From assembly GCA_003221005.1 (NCBI GenBank), contig QHTZ01000088.1, positions 1 through 18,991 of the forward strand: 18,991 nucleotides of DNA, in the 5' to 3' direction. The DNA is from Gemmatimonadota bacterium (lineage in GTDB: Bacteria > Gemmatimonadota > Gemmatimonadetes > Gemmatimonadales > GWC2-71-9). A model generated the notes under the pieces. The model did not search any database, was not told the DNA's origin, and was given only the letters and a program-made list of their open reading frames with translations. Position numbers and translations under genes: made by a program. Positions 8,705 through 16,467 of the stretch are shown here, one piece after another (positions within the stretch are counted from its first letter, which is position 1; each line of letters starts with the position of its first letter).

Positions 8705-9196
8705 TCAGCGTCCGGCTGTGGCGGGCTGGACGAACGCAGTACCGTAAGGGTTGGGATTACCGAAGACGACGCTGGCGCGGGGATCCTGGAACGATACGAA
8801 TGGGACGCCAGCTTGCGCGACCGGCTTGGGAAACGGCACCGGCGGGAGCGTCGGCGCCTGAGCGAGCTCGTGGCGCCGGACGCCCTCCAGCGCGACAAGC
8901 GCGACAGCCACGGCGACCAGCAGGGCTGCGGCGACTCGAGCCCGCGCCGGGAGCACGGGTCCCGTAACTAGGCCTTCGCGCCGCAGGCGCCCCTCGAGGC
9001 GGCTGCGGAAGTCGGCGGAGGGGTGCAGCGTGTCGCCGGCCCGCAGTTCGAGCACCCCGCGTCGCACGGCGGCGTCGTAACGTTGGCAGGCGCGGCATTG
9101 CGTCAGATGGCGCGTGAAGCGGCGCACGTCCCGCGGCGCGGTGATCAGACCGTCGCGGAAATCGGTGTAGCGAGCGAGGAACTCGGCGCAGGTCAT
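8705..9196 (-). CDS. Putative zinc-binding (zf-HC2/ZAS) anti-sigma factor
   Basis: N-terminal Cys plus HLTQCRAC (HxxxCxxC), a single TM helix, and position directly downstream of an ECF sigma gene. Confidence 0.82.
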   Translation of the reverse strand: MTCAEFLARYTDFRDGLITAPRDVRRFTRHLTQCRACQRYDAAVRRGVLELRAGDTLHPSADFRSRLEGRLRREGLVTGPVLPARARVAAALLVAVAVALVALEGVRRHELAQAPTLPPVPFPKPVAQAGVPFVSFQDPRASVVFGNPNPYGTAFVQPATAGR

Positions 9197-9280
9197 TCTT
9201 CGGTGCGATGTTGCGTACGGCTAGGTGATACCGGGCGGGGGTTGGGGGGTTCCAGGCCCCACCGTCCAGGTGTGGCGGGA

Positions 9281-9925
9281 CTACTCCAGCAGCGGCGAGA
9301 TCATCTGGGCGAAGCTGTTGCGGGCCCGATTCAGCCGGCTCTTCACGGTGCCCAGATTGCAACTCGTGATCTCGGCGATCTCCGCGTAGCTCTTGCCTTC
9401 GAGCTCGCGGAGCACGAACACGGCCCGGTGGTGCGCCGGCAGCTGCCCGACGCACTGCTCGACGGCCTCCTTGAGATACCGCTTGCGATAGAGGTCGTCG
9501 GGACGCGCCGAGGCGTCCTCGAACTGGAGGGGGCGATGGTCGGCCTCCCAGTGCTTCTTGATGGTCTGGAACAGCACGAGGGGATTGCGGCTGCGGTTAC
9601 GCAGCTCGTTCTTGGCTAGGTTCGACGCGATCGTGTAGATCCAGGTCGAGAACTTCTTGGTCTGGTCAAAACGGTGCAGGTGCCGGAACACCCGGATGAA
9701 GACCTCTTGCACCAAGTCCTCGGCCCGCTCCCGGTCGCCGATCGTGCGGTTGATGAAGTTGAGAAGCCGGGTCTGGTAGCGATCGACCAGGGCCCCGAAC
9801 GCCTGGGAGTCGCTGGCGAGGTGCTGGAGCACGAGCTGTCCGTCCGCAAGCTCGTGGAGCGCCACGCGCTGGAGCGCGCGTGGGCTATCAAGTGCCTGCG
9901 GGTTTTGCCTAAGGACCGCTCGCAT
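9281..9925 (-). CDS. ECF (sigma-70 group 4) RNA polymerase sigma factor
   Basis: AEDLVQEVF, FSTWIYTIASN (region 2) and SYAEIAEI...GTVKSRLNRAR (region 4). ATG 9925 is preceded by GGGAG; the start position is uncertain. Confidence 0.93.
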   Translation of the reverse strand: MRAVLRQNPQALDSPRALQRVALHELADGQLVLQHLASDSQAFGALVDRYQTRLLNFINRTIGDRERAEDLVQEVFIRVFRHLHRFDQTKKFSTWIYTIASNLAKNELRNRSRNPLVLFQTIKKHWEADHRPLQFEDASARPDDLYRKRYLKEAVEQCVGQLPAHHRAVFVLRELEGKSYAEIAEITSCNLGTVKSRLNRARNSFAQMISPLLE

Positions 9926-10093
9926 ACCGGCTCCCGCGTTGCAGAGGGGAACGTGAGGGCGGAAGTAGCCATCCTCCTCGTCTGTATAGATACGGCATGA
10001 ACCGTACCCGTCGCACTCGACCCGAATGTTGACAACTCGTGACCGGTTAGGCGGCGGCGGCTGCCGGTCACGCATCCCTCGTGTCACCTCCAG

Positions 10094-10110
10094 GCGACAC
10101 CCCGTGTCGC
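10094..10110. other. Perfect 7-bp hairpin immediately after the NUDIX stop codon (no U-tract)
   Basis: GCGACAC-CCC-GTGTCGC. Confidence 0.5.
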
Positions 10111-10650
10111 TTACTTGGCGAGAACGAAGCCCGCCATATAAAGGATCGCCGCCACCGTCTTCGCGTCACGGATCTCCCCATCGCGAATCCCCGACCAGAC
10201 CTGGGACAGCGGCCGCGGCACGACCTCGATGAATTCGTCGGGTTCCCGTGCGGCGGCTCCCACGGTCAGGCCAGTCGCCCAGAAGAGGTGGATCAGCTCG
10301 TCGGTGAACCCGGGAGTTGTCCAGATGGACGTGAGGCGCTCGACGCGCTCAGCGGTGACGCCTGCTTCTTCGAGCAGCTCGCGGCGAGCGCACGCCTCCG
10401 GTGCCTCGCCGGGCGCTAGCGTGCCGGCGGGAATCTCCCACAGGTCGCCGCCGGTCGCGTAGCGGAACTGTCTGATCATCAGGATCGTGGGATCCGGGCC
10501 CCCGGGGTCACTGGCACAAGGAATGACCGCCGCGGCGCCGGGGTGACGGATCAGCTCGAGCTCTCCGGTCGAGCCGTCCGGGAAGCGCACGGTGTCGACG
10601 TCGAGACGCACGACCTTGCCGGAGTACATCCGGTGCGTGGCGAGTTGCAT
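10111..10650 (-). CDS. NUDIX hydrolase, ADP-ribose pyrophosphatase (NudF)-like
   Basis: Nudix box GTLAPGEAPEACARRELLEEAG; HPGAAAV, PGFTDE and IRDAKT motifs. Confidence 0.9.
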   Translation of the reverse strand: MQLATHRMYSGKVVRLDVDTVRFPDGSTGELELIRHPGAAAVIPCASDPGGPDPTILMIRQFRYATGGDLWEIPAGTLAPGEAPEACARRELLEEAGVTAERVERLTSIWTTPGFTDELIHLFWATGLTVGAAAREPDEFIEVVPRPLSQVWSGIRDGEIRDAKTVAAILYMAGFVLAK

Positions 10651-10662
10651 GGCGCTCCCTCG

Positions 10663-11265
10663 CTAACGTTGGAATAGCCAGGTGACCGGGACCTTGAATC
10701 CCTCCGCCAAGAGGTAGCCGGCGTTGAGTCGGGCGTTGGAGCGAATGGGAGAGCTCGGGGTGGGGGAGCTGAAGGCGACGAGACCCAGGCGCATGGCGAT
10801 GATCTTGAGCCGCAGCATATGGAAGCCGTCGCTGACGAGCAGCACGCGCTTGGTGTCCCGGCCGGCGAACCAGCGGGCCACGCCGGCGAGCGAGGAGTAG
10901 GTGCTGCTGGCGGCGGGAAGCGCGACGGCGCTCTCGCCGGAGAGGCCGAGCTTCACGAGGTAGCGGCGGCCCACCTCGGACTCGCTCAGCGTGTCGCGCG
11001 ACCCGACGCCGCCCGTCACGAGGATGACGGGCGCATAGCCTCGCTGGTACAACGCCGCCGCGTGGTCGAGCCGGGCCCGGAACACGGGTGAGGGGCGACC
11101 GTTGTACTGCGCCGCGCCAAGCACCGCGATGGCGTCGGCGGTCGTCGCCTCGTCGCGCACCGCAGTCACCGCGACGGTGATCACCACGGCCGCCCAGGCG
11201 ATGAGCAGCAGCACGGCGACGACGGTCGCGGCGATGAAGCGCCGTCGCACCGTCCAAAATGGCAT
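10663..11265 (-). CDS. YdcF/DUF218 (ElyC/SanA-like) family protein
   Basis: N-terminal TM; ADAIAVLGAA, ARLDHA, LVTGG, SE and LLVSDGFHMLR motifs. Confidence 0.88.
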   Translation of the reverse strand: MPFWTVRRRFIAATVVAVLLLIAWAAVVITVAVTAVRDEATTADAIAVLGAAQYNGRPSPVFRARLDHAAALYQRGYAPVILVTGGVGSRDTLSESEVGRRYLVKLGLSGESAVALPAASSTYSSLAGVARWFAGRDTKRVLLVSDGFHMLRLKIIAMRLGLVAFSSPTPSSPIRSNARLNAGYLLAEGFKVPVTWLFQR

Positions 11266-11317
11266 GTGGGAATATAGGGCCGGTCGGGGCCGGCTCAGGG
11301 GGTGTTGCGCGCGATCC

Positions 11318-11869
11318 CTACGATTTGCTCAGCACCAGCCGCACGGCTACGCCACCCAGCAAGCCGAGCAGCAGGGACGCGAGCGTGGCGATAAGGAAGT
11401 ATTCGGCGAACTCGCGGTCCTCGAGCGCCTTGAAGCGGGCGAGGGACTTCGCGGCCACGATGAGCCCGAGCGCGCCGTACTGTCCCAGTAGGACCAGCGT
11501 GACGGCGAGGGCCCGCTCCAGCACGCCGATGGTTCGGCCGCGGGCGATGTCCACGGCGCCGGCGTTGCGATCTTCGTCGCGGCGCATCTGCAGCGCGGGG
11601 AGTTCGAGCACGGCTCGCACCACCACGATCCCGCGCCCGCAGACGTAGAGGTAGGCCGTCGCGAAGAGCCCGGCCCGCCCCCACCACAGGCCGGCGGCGC
11701 GCGGCACGACGAGGTTGTCCAGCAGCATCCCCGCCCCGATCGCGGCGGCGACGAAGACGATCTCGAGGAGCAGCAGCTCGCGCCCCCGACGGTGGCCGTC
11801 GATCTGCGCCGGCCAGAGCGTCGCCGCGAGCGAGTAAACGAAGAGCGGAACGAGCGTGAACGGATTCAT
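11318..11869 (-). CDS. Membrane protein, DUF3307/SatE-like (C-terminal conserved region only)
   Basis: Several TM helices with GRTIGVLER, AAKSLARF and FAEYFLIATL motifs, characteristic of the genes that follow satD. ATG 11869 is 4 nt after the satD stop. Confidence 0.78.
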   Translation of the reverse strand: MNPFTLVPLFVYSLAATLWPAQIDGHRRGRELLLLEIVFVAAAIGAGMLLDNLVVPRAAGLWWGRAGLFATAYLYVCGRGIVVVRAVLELPALQMRRDEDRNAGAVDIARGRTIGVLERALAVTLVLLGQYGALGLIVAAKSLARFKALEDREFAEYFLIATLASLLLGLLGGVAVRLVLSKS

Positions 11870-11873
11870 CGCG

Positions 11874-12521
11874 CTAGGCCCGCGGCCCGCTGCGCGAGCC
11901 GCCGAGTAGGTTCTCGAAGATAGTATCCCCCGCCGCAACGAGAGGCCAGGCCATGCGGCGCCCCAGATGAGACACCGCGCTCCGGTGTACCCTGAGCCCG
12001 TGGGCGGCGGCCGCGGCGCCCCCCGCCCGGAGCAGCTTGGCGGCGTGGCGCTGGCGGGGCGTCCAGCTCCAGTAGAGCGCCGAGTAGTAGCTTGCGAGGG
12101 CGGCTAGGACCGGGTCCGACGCGCCGAATCCCGCGAACGCGAGCACCAGGCGGCGGCGCTTGGCAGCGTCCATGGCGGCGCGGGCCGCGTGGAAGCATGG
12201 GCCATCGACTTCGGGCGCGGTAACGCCGCGTGGCAGCGGCGTGGCGACCGGCCCTTGTCCGCAGGCGATCACCCAGTCGACGTCGGCGAATTGCGCGCGC
12301 ACCGTGTGGACGATCTCCCAGACGGGGGCCGGGCCCGTGAGCAGGCATTGGAACTCGTCGCCGAGGGTGAGGGCGAAGCGCGCGGCGAGCACGTTGCGCC
12401 AGCGGCGGTTGAACGCGGGGAGCGCGGCGCGCAGCGCGTGCTGGAGGCGGGCGCGACGAGGGGTGGGGAGCTCCCGGGAGGCGATGGCGTCGCCGATGAG
12501 CGCAACATAGTCAATTGTCAT
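11874..12521 (-). CDS. SatD family protein (nucleotide cyclase-like domain plus C-terminal HTH)
   Basis: ALIGDAIASR, TLGDEFQ and DGPCFHAAR motifs; C-terminal WTPRQ...LRVHRSAVSH HTH-like segment. Confidence 0.85.
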   Translation of the reverse strand: MTIDYVALIGDAIASRELPTPRRARLQHALRAALPAFNRRWRNVLAARFALTLGDEFQCLLTGPAPVWEIVHTVRAQFADVDWVIACGQGPVATPLPRGVTAPEVDGPCFHAARAAMDAAKRRRLVLAFAGFGASDPVLAALASYYSALYWSWTPRQRHAAKLLRAGGAAAAAHGLRVHRSAVSHLGRRMAWPLVAAGDTIFENLLGGSRSGPRA

Positions 12522-12543
12522 ATTACTTCATGTTGGTCAAATA

Positions 12544-12587
12544 TGACTGTTTTCGTCAACTTTAACTGATGTGACGAAAACTGTCAA
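12544..12587 (-). promoter_or_regulatory. satD promoter with two palindromic operator boxes
   Basis: TTGACA (12587-12582), 17 nt, TAAAGT (12564-12559). Boxes TGACAGTTTTCGTCA (12586-12572) and TGACGAAAACAGTCA (12558-12544). Confidence 0.8.
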
Positions 12588-13234
12588 CCCCGCCCGGTGC
12601 CGAATAGTCGATCGCCGGCGTCCCCCAACCCGGGGAGGATGTAGCCCTTGTCGTTCAGCTGGCGGTCGAGTGCCGCGGCGTAGACAGGGACGTCGGGGTG
12701 GGCTGCGAGCATGGTGCGCACGCCCTCGGGTGCCGCGACGAGGCAGAGGAAGCGGATGCGCCCGGCGCCGGCGTGCTTGAGGGCCGTGACGGCAGCGGCG
12801 CCGGAGCCGCCCGTCGCGAGCATCGGGTCGAGGACGAAGAAGGCGCGGTCGTGCTCGCCCGCGGGAATCTTGAAGTAGTAGTCCACCGGACGCAGGCTGT
12901 CGTGGTCGCGGTACAGCCCGATATGCCCGACACGCGCCGACGGAATGAGCTGCGAGATGCCGTCCACCATGCCGAGGCCCGCCCGCAGGATAGGCACGAG
13001 CGTGAGCTTCTTCCCCGCGACCTGGGCGCCGCGCATCCGCTCGAGCGGCGTCTCGATCTCGAGCGGCTCGAGCGGCAGGTCCTTCGTGACCTCGTACGCC
13101 ATGAGCATCGCGATCTCGTTCACGAGCTGCTTGAAGTCGCGCGTGCTGGTGCGCTTGTCGCGCAGGATTGTAAGCTTGTGCTGGATCAGGGGGTGACTCA
13201 GCACGGTGAGGTTGGGGAACTCGGGGCGCGGCAT
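12584..13234 (-). CDS. upp: Uracil phosphoribosyltransferase
   Basis: [35 protein letters not shown] and [16 protein letters not shown] motifs. Confidence 0.97.
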   Translation of the reverse strand: MPRPEFPNLTVLSHPLIQHKLTILRDKRTSTRDFKQLVNEIAMLMAYEVTKDLPLEPLEIETPLERMRGAQVAGKKLTLVPILRAGLGMVDGISQLIPSARVGHIGLYRDHDSLRPVDYYFKIPAGEHDRAFFVLDPMLATGGSGAAAVTALKHAGAGRIRFLCLVAAPEGVRTMLAAHPDVPVYAAALDRQLNDKGYILPGLGDAGDRLFGTGRG

Positions 13235-13244
13235 GAGGCGGAAG

Positions 13245-14030
13245 CTAGGGCGCGAGCGCCAGGTTGTCGAAGGCGAGGACCCGCTGAGCCCGCCCCACCT
13301 CGGCAAAGCCGAGCGCCCCGATGGCGGCGATCATCCGAGCCGCCCGTTCCTCGCCGGTGAAGGGCGGGTGCGTCTCAAGGATCAGGGTCCGTACCCGCTC
13401 GCTGAGCACCCTTCCTTCGTGCTCCACGAGATCCGCTTCGCCTCCTTCGATGTCCACGACGAGATTGATGTGCGCAAACCCGCTCTCCTGCAACAGCTGC
13501 GCTAACGTCGTCGTCGCTACCGGGACCTGCCGTGTCCCGTGCCCGCCCACCATGCTCACGACCCACGAACGGATCGCGAGCACCGTCTCCTCCGGGCCGT
13601 AGGCCAGCGCCGCGCTCCGGATCTGGAATTCGCGCCGGTTGAGCCGGCGGTTGATCTCCAATGTCGGAATCAGCTCGGGATTCGCCTCGACCACGATGTG
13701 GTCGCAGGGGTGCGCCAGGTTGCGATTGATGTAGCACGACACGAACCCGATGCCGCCTCCGAGCTCGATGACCGGAAGATCGGCGACCAGGTGCGCGTGC
13801 ACCAAGGCGAGCTCCGGCACCTCGTGGCGCCCGAGGTAGACCATGCTTTTGTCGCGCGTCGTGATCCGCGGGTTGTCGAGCGAGAACGTCAGGCCGTCGG
13901 TGGTCACACGGTTCCCGCCGAGCTCGACCAGCCGGCCGATGAGCCAGGGGTTGGCGAGCGGGGAGTGCGCCAGCCGAGGAGCCAGCGCGGCCGCCCAGCT
14001 CGACGGCCGGAGCTTGCGGGGCCAGAGCAT
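13245..14030 (-). CDS. FkbM family SAM-dependent methyltransferase
   Basis: [19 protein letters not shown] and VDIEGGE motifs. The start is uncertain; the frame is open to 14147. Confidence 0.82.
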   Translation of the reverse strand: MLWPRKLRPSSWAAALAPRLAHSPLANPWLIGRLVELGGNRVTTDGLTFSLDNPRITTRDKSMVYLGRHEVPELALVHAHLVADLPVIELGGGIGFVSCYINRNLAHPCDHIVVEANPELIPTLEINRRLNRREFQIRSAALAYGPEETVLAIRSWVVSMVGGHGTRQVPVATTTLAQLLQESGFAHINLVVDIEGGEADLVEHEGRVLSERVRTLILETHPPFTGEERAARMIAAIGALGFAEVGRAQRVLAFDNLALAP

Positions 14031-14149
14031 CGAGGCCCCATCCAAGCCCCTCCTGACGGAGCTGTCAAGGACAAAGCATCGCCGGGTAATGATCGACCCG
14101 CACTCCCACCGCGTCGTGGGGCCCGCTAAGTTCTCCTCCTGCATCACCC

Positions 14150-14222
<73 letters not shown>

Positions 14223-14232
14223 CTCGCTCCGT

Positions 14233-14246
14233 CCCGTCGTGACGGG
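14233..14246 (+). terminator. Short hairpin just downstream of the tRNA (weak terminator or processing candidate)
   Basis: CCCGT-CGTG-ACGGG; no U-tract. Confidence 0.25.
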
Positions 14247-14270
14247 GCTCCTGAGTAGGTGCCCATCCGA

Positions 14271-14618
14271 TCACCGCGCGCCTCCCGCTTGGTTAGTCCC
14301 GCCGTTAGTCCCGGTGCACGCCTGCGCGGGAGCGCCGCCGCGCAGCGCCGAGAGCTTGGCGACGCCCTCTTCCAAGTCCTGCTCGGCCACGATGGCGTAG
14401 CGGCGGTGCACGGCCTCCGTCTTGTGGCCGGTGAGCTTCATCGCCACGGAGCGCGGCACCCCGGCGCGTTCTAGGTTCCTGACGGCCGTGCGCCTGAGGT
14501 CGTGCGGGATGCGGCCGAGGAGTTGCGGCCGGACGACCTTTCGTAGCGCGTCCGTGCCCTCGTGCGCGGCGCGGTCCAACGCCGAGAGCCACGACTTGCG
14601 GGAGCTGCCGAGGCGATC
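14271..14618 (-). pseudogene. Tyrosine recombinase/integrase remnant (C-terminal catalytic fragment only)
   Basis: DRLGSSRKSW...GRIPHDLRRTAVRNLERAGVPRSVAMKLTGHKTEAVHRRY retains HxxR, His and Tyr. An in-frame TGA at 14637-14639 closes the frame upstream, so the N-terminal domains are missing. The remnant ends 48 nt from the tRNA 3' end. Confidence 0.85.
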
Positions 14619-15122
14619 CAGAGCACAACTCTGCCCTCAGCGCTCTTGTGAAAATCTGGCGCCATTCGGGATACCAACGTCTCGACGGCCCGCGACTCCG
14701 GATGCACGAGGACGGGGAGAGCATGCTCGTCAGGGGACTCTTCGGCAAACAGCCCGAGGAGAGGGTTTTGGAGCACAGGTTCGTCGCGGACTTCTGACCA
14801 AGCTTCCCTCCGCCCGCGAATGTTCGATCACGGGTGCAGAAGCGATCTTGGCAGGCCGGCAGCGTGAACAGCGGATTGGTCATCCGCTGCGCGACTGTAA
14901 CCGGCTCTGCCTGTTCCGAGTTATGAGACGCTTTGCCGGAGTGTTTGCCGCAGAACCTATCCGCGCCCCCCACCGCCCGAAGGGTCTCGCAAGTCCGCGA
15001 GCGACAGGGGCGCCGACCCCCTGTACGTGCATCAGGGCACCGACCTTACGCCATGTGCCAGCCATCACGGCCCCAGGCGGCACCAGGAGATTGACTGCCG
15101 CCGCCCGGGGATGCCCCGCAGA

Positions 15123-15839
15123 TCAGGGCTGGGTCGGATGAATGGTCGGCACGAGCCAACCGATCCCGCTGCCGAGGGCAGCGCCAGTCAGCACGTCCGT
15201 TGGAAAATGTTGGCCGCCCGCGACACGGAGTGCAGCCACAACCACCGCACCCGCATAGAGGAGGAGCGCGTTCCGCGTGCGGTGTAGCAAATGCTGCCGT
15301 CGCGCGATGATGAGGTAGGACGTCGCCGCCGCAAACGCGAGGGAGGCGTGCAGAGAGGGCAGGGACTGTTGACTCTCCGGATCGCTCGCCGCCGTCACCG
15401 CAGCGCTCGTGTACAGCACCGGTCGCTTGCGGCGCGCGAGCACCTTGAGCCATTCCGTTGAGGCCGCGGTCCAGCTCGCGGCATTCGCGAACACGGCGAA
15501 GTTGCCGTGCCACTGCTGAGCCGGCAGGCCGTGCAGGCCGGCCAACGCCGTGAACCCCGCGACGCCGATGAGGACCACATCGCTCGCGACGTCCCCTGTC
15601 TCTGAGACAGGCCCGAGCGCCCACCGATCCAGGCCGGGGAGCGTGGCCGGATCGCAGGGAGCGCAGGCTGGGGCCCCATGCGGTAAGCCCAGCGCTGCGG
15701 GCAGCACGTAGAACACACCGGCTGTCCCCACGGACGCCGCGTCACCCCACCTGACGCGGTAGGGCGCTGCGCCTTCCTGCCCGGCGACTGGCCCGACGGC
15801 GAGAACAAGGACCAGTACCGCGAAAAATCCCCGATGCAC
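15123..15839 (-). CDS. PAP2 superfamily phosphatase
   Basis: KVLARRKRP (KxxxxxxRP), SLPSLH (PSxH) and RVAGGQHFPTD (RxxxxxHxxxD) motifs; signal peptide and TM segments. Confidence 0.88.
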   Translation of the reverse strand: MHRGFFAVLVLVLAVGPVAGQEGAAPYRVRWGDAASVGTAGVFYVLPAALGLPHGAPACAPCDPATLPGLDRWALGPVSETGDVASDVVLIGVAGFTALAGLHGLPAQQWHGNFAVFANAASWTAASTEWLKVLARRKRPVLYTSAAVTAASDPESQQSLPSLHASLAFAAATSYLIIARRQHLLHRTRNALLLYAGAVVVAALRVAGGQHFPTDVLTGAALGSGIGWLVPTIHPTQP

Positions 15840-16001
15840 GTGAGACGTCCGGGCGGACTCGTCAGCAGAGCCTTGTCGTCAGGTTGGCGACTGAACAGAC
15901 AGCGCTCGGCACGGACGTAGAACGGGGCGTGCCAGTAGGGCGTCTCGCACCTCCTTCCGGGGGCAGAAATGAACACGCATGACGCCCCTCGGATGAGACG
16001 G

Positions 16002-16355
16002 CTACTGTACGACGATCGTCCCTCTCATGCCCTGATGGAGAGCGCACAGGTACGCGTACGTACCCGCCCTGCGGAACGTGTGCGAGTACGTCTGCTCGCT
16101 TGGCATGCTGCCGGTGTCAAACGGCTCGTCGCTGTAAGTCCTGTGAGTCGCGGTGTGCGGAGCCATGTCGCGGTTCACCCAGGTGACCGTCGTCCCGACC
16201 GGGACCGTCAGCTGCTCGGGTTGGAACTTGTAATCCCAGATCACTACCTGATGTGCGTCCGAGGGCGTGGGCGTAAAGACTTTGACCGGCTGGATCGCTC
16301 CGCACCGGGTGAACGTCACAAGCGCGGCAACCGCCGCGAAGCGGGCAAAACGCAC
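16002..16355 (-). CDS. Exported cupredoxin (amicyanin/plastocyanin-like blue copper protein)
   Basis: GTG 16355 with GGAGG RBS; FQPEQLTVPVGTTVTWVNRD, PH and YLCALHQGM give the type-1 Cu ligands His, Cys, His, Met. Confidence 0.88.
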   Translation of the reverse strand: MRFARFAAVAALVTFTRCGAIQPVKVFTPTPSDAHQVVIWDYKFQPEQLTVPVGTTVTWVNRDMAPHTATHRTYSDEPFDTGSMPSEQTYSHTFRRAGTYAYLCALHQGMRGTIVVQ

Positions 16356-16467
16356 AGACGCCTCCGTTGTAACAGTGGGTAGGCCGTAGATCGCCGTCAG
16401 GCCCGCCGGGGTCGGCGCGCCCAGCGCATAACCTCGCACTTGGTCGGCGGGGCTGTCAAGGACCGCG

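Noticed and set aside
12510-12590. Periodic GTCA motifs as a mini CRISPR array
   Set aside because: There are no full-length repeats with unique spacers and no cas genes; an operator array fits better.
14740-14785. GGCAAAC resembling a c-di-GMP-I riboswitch
   Set aside because: It lacks the GNRA-capped P2 and the GACGCAAA junction.
15846-15865. Hammerhead-like CTGACGA-GTCC-GCCC-GGAC-G on the minus strand upstream of PAP2
   Set aside because: The essential GAAA after stem II is replaced by GTCT, and no convincing stems I or III were found.
15960-16000. CTCATCCGAGGGGCG resembling the start of a SAM-I riboswitch
   Set aside because: The downstream GAGGGA/GGCCC, GCAACC and GGTGC core elements are absent.
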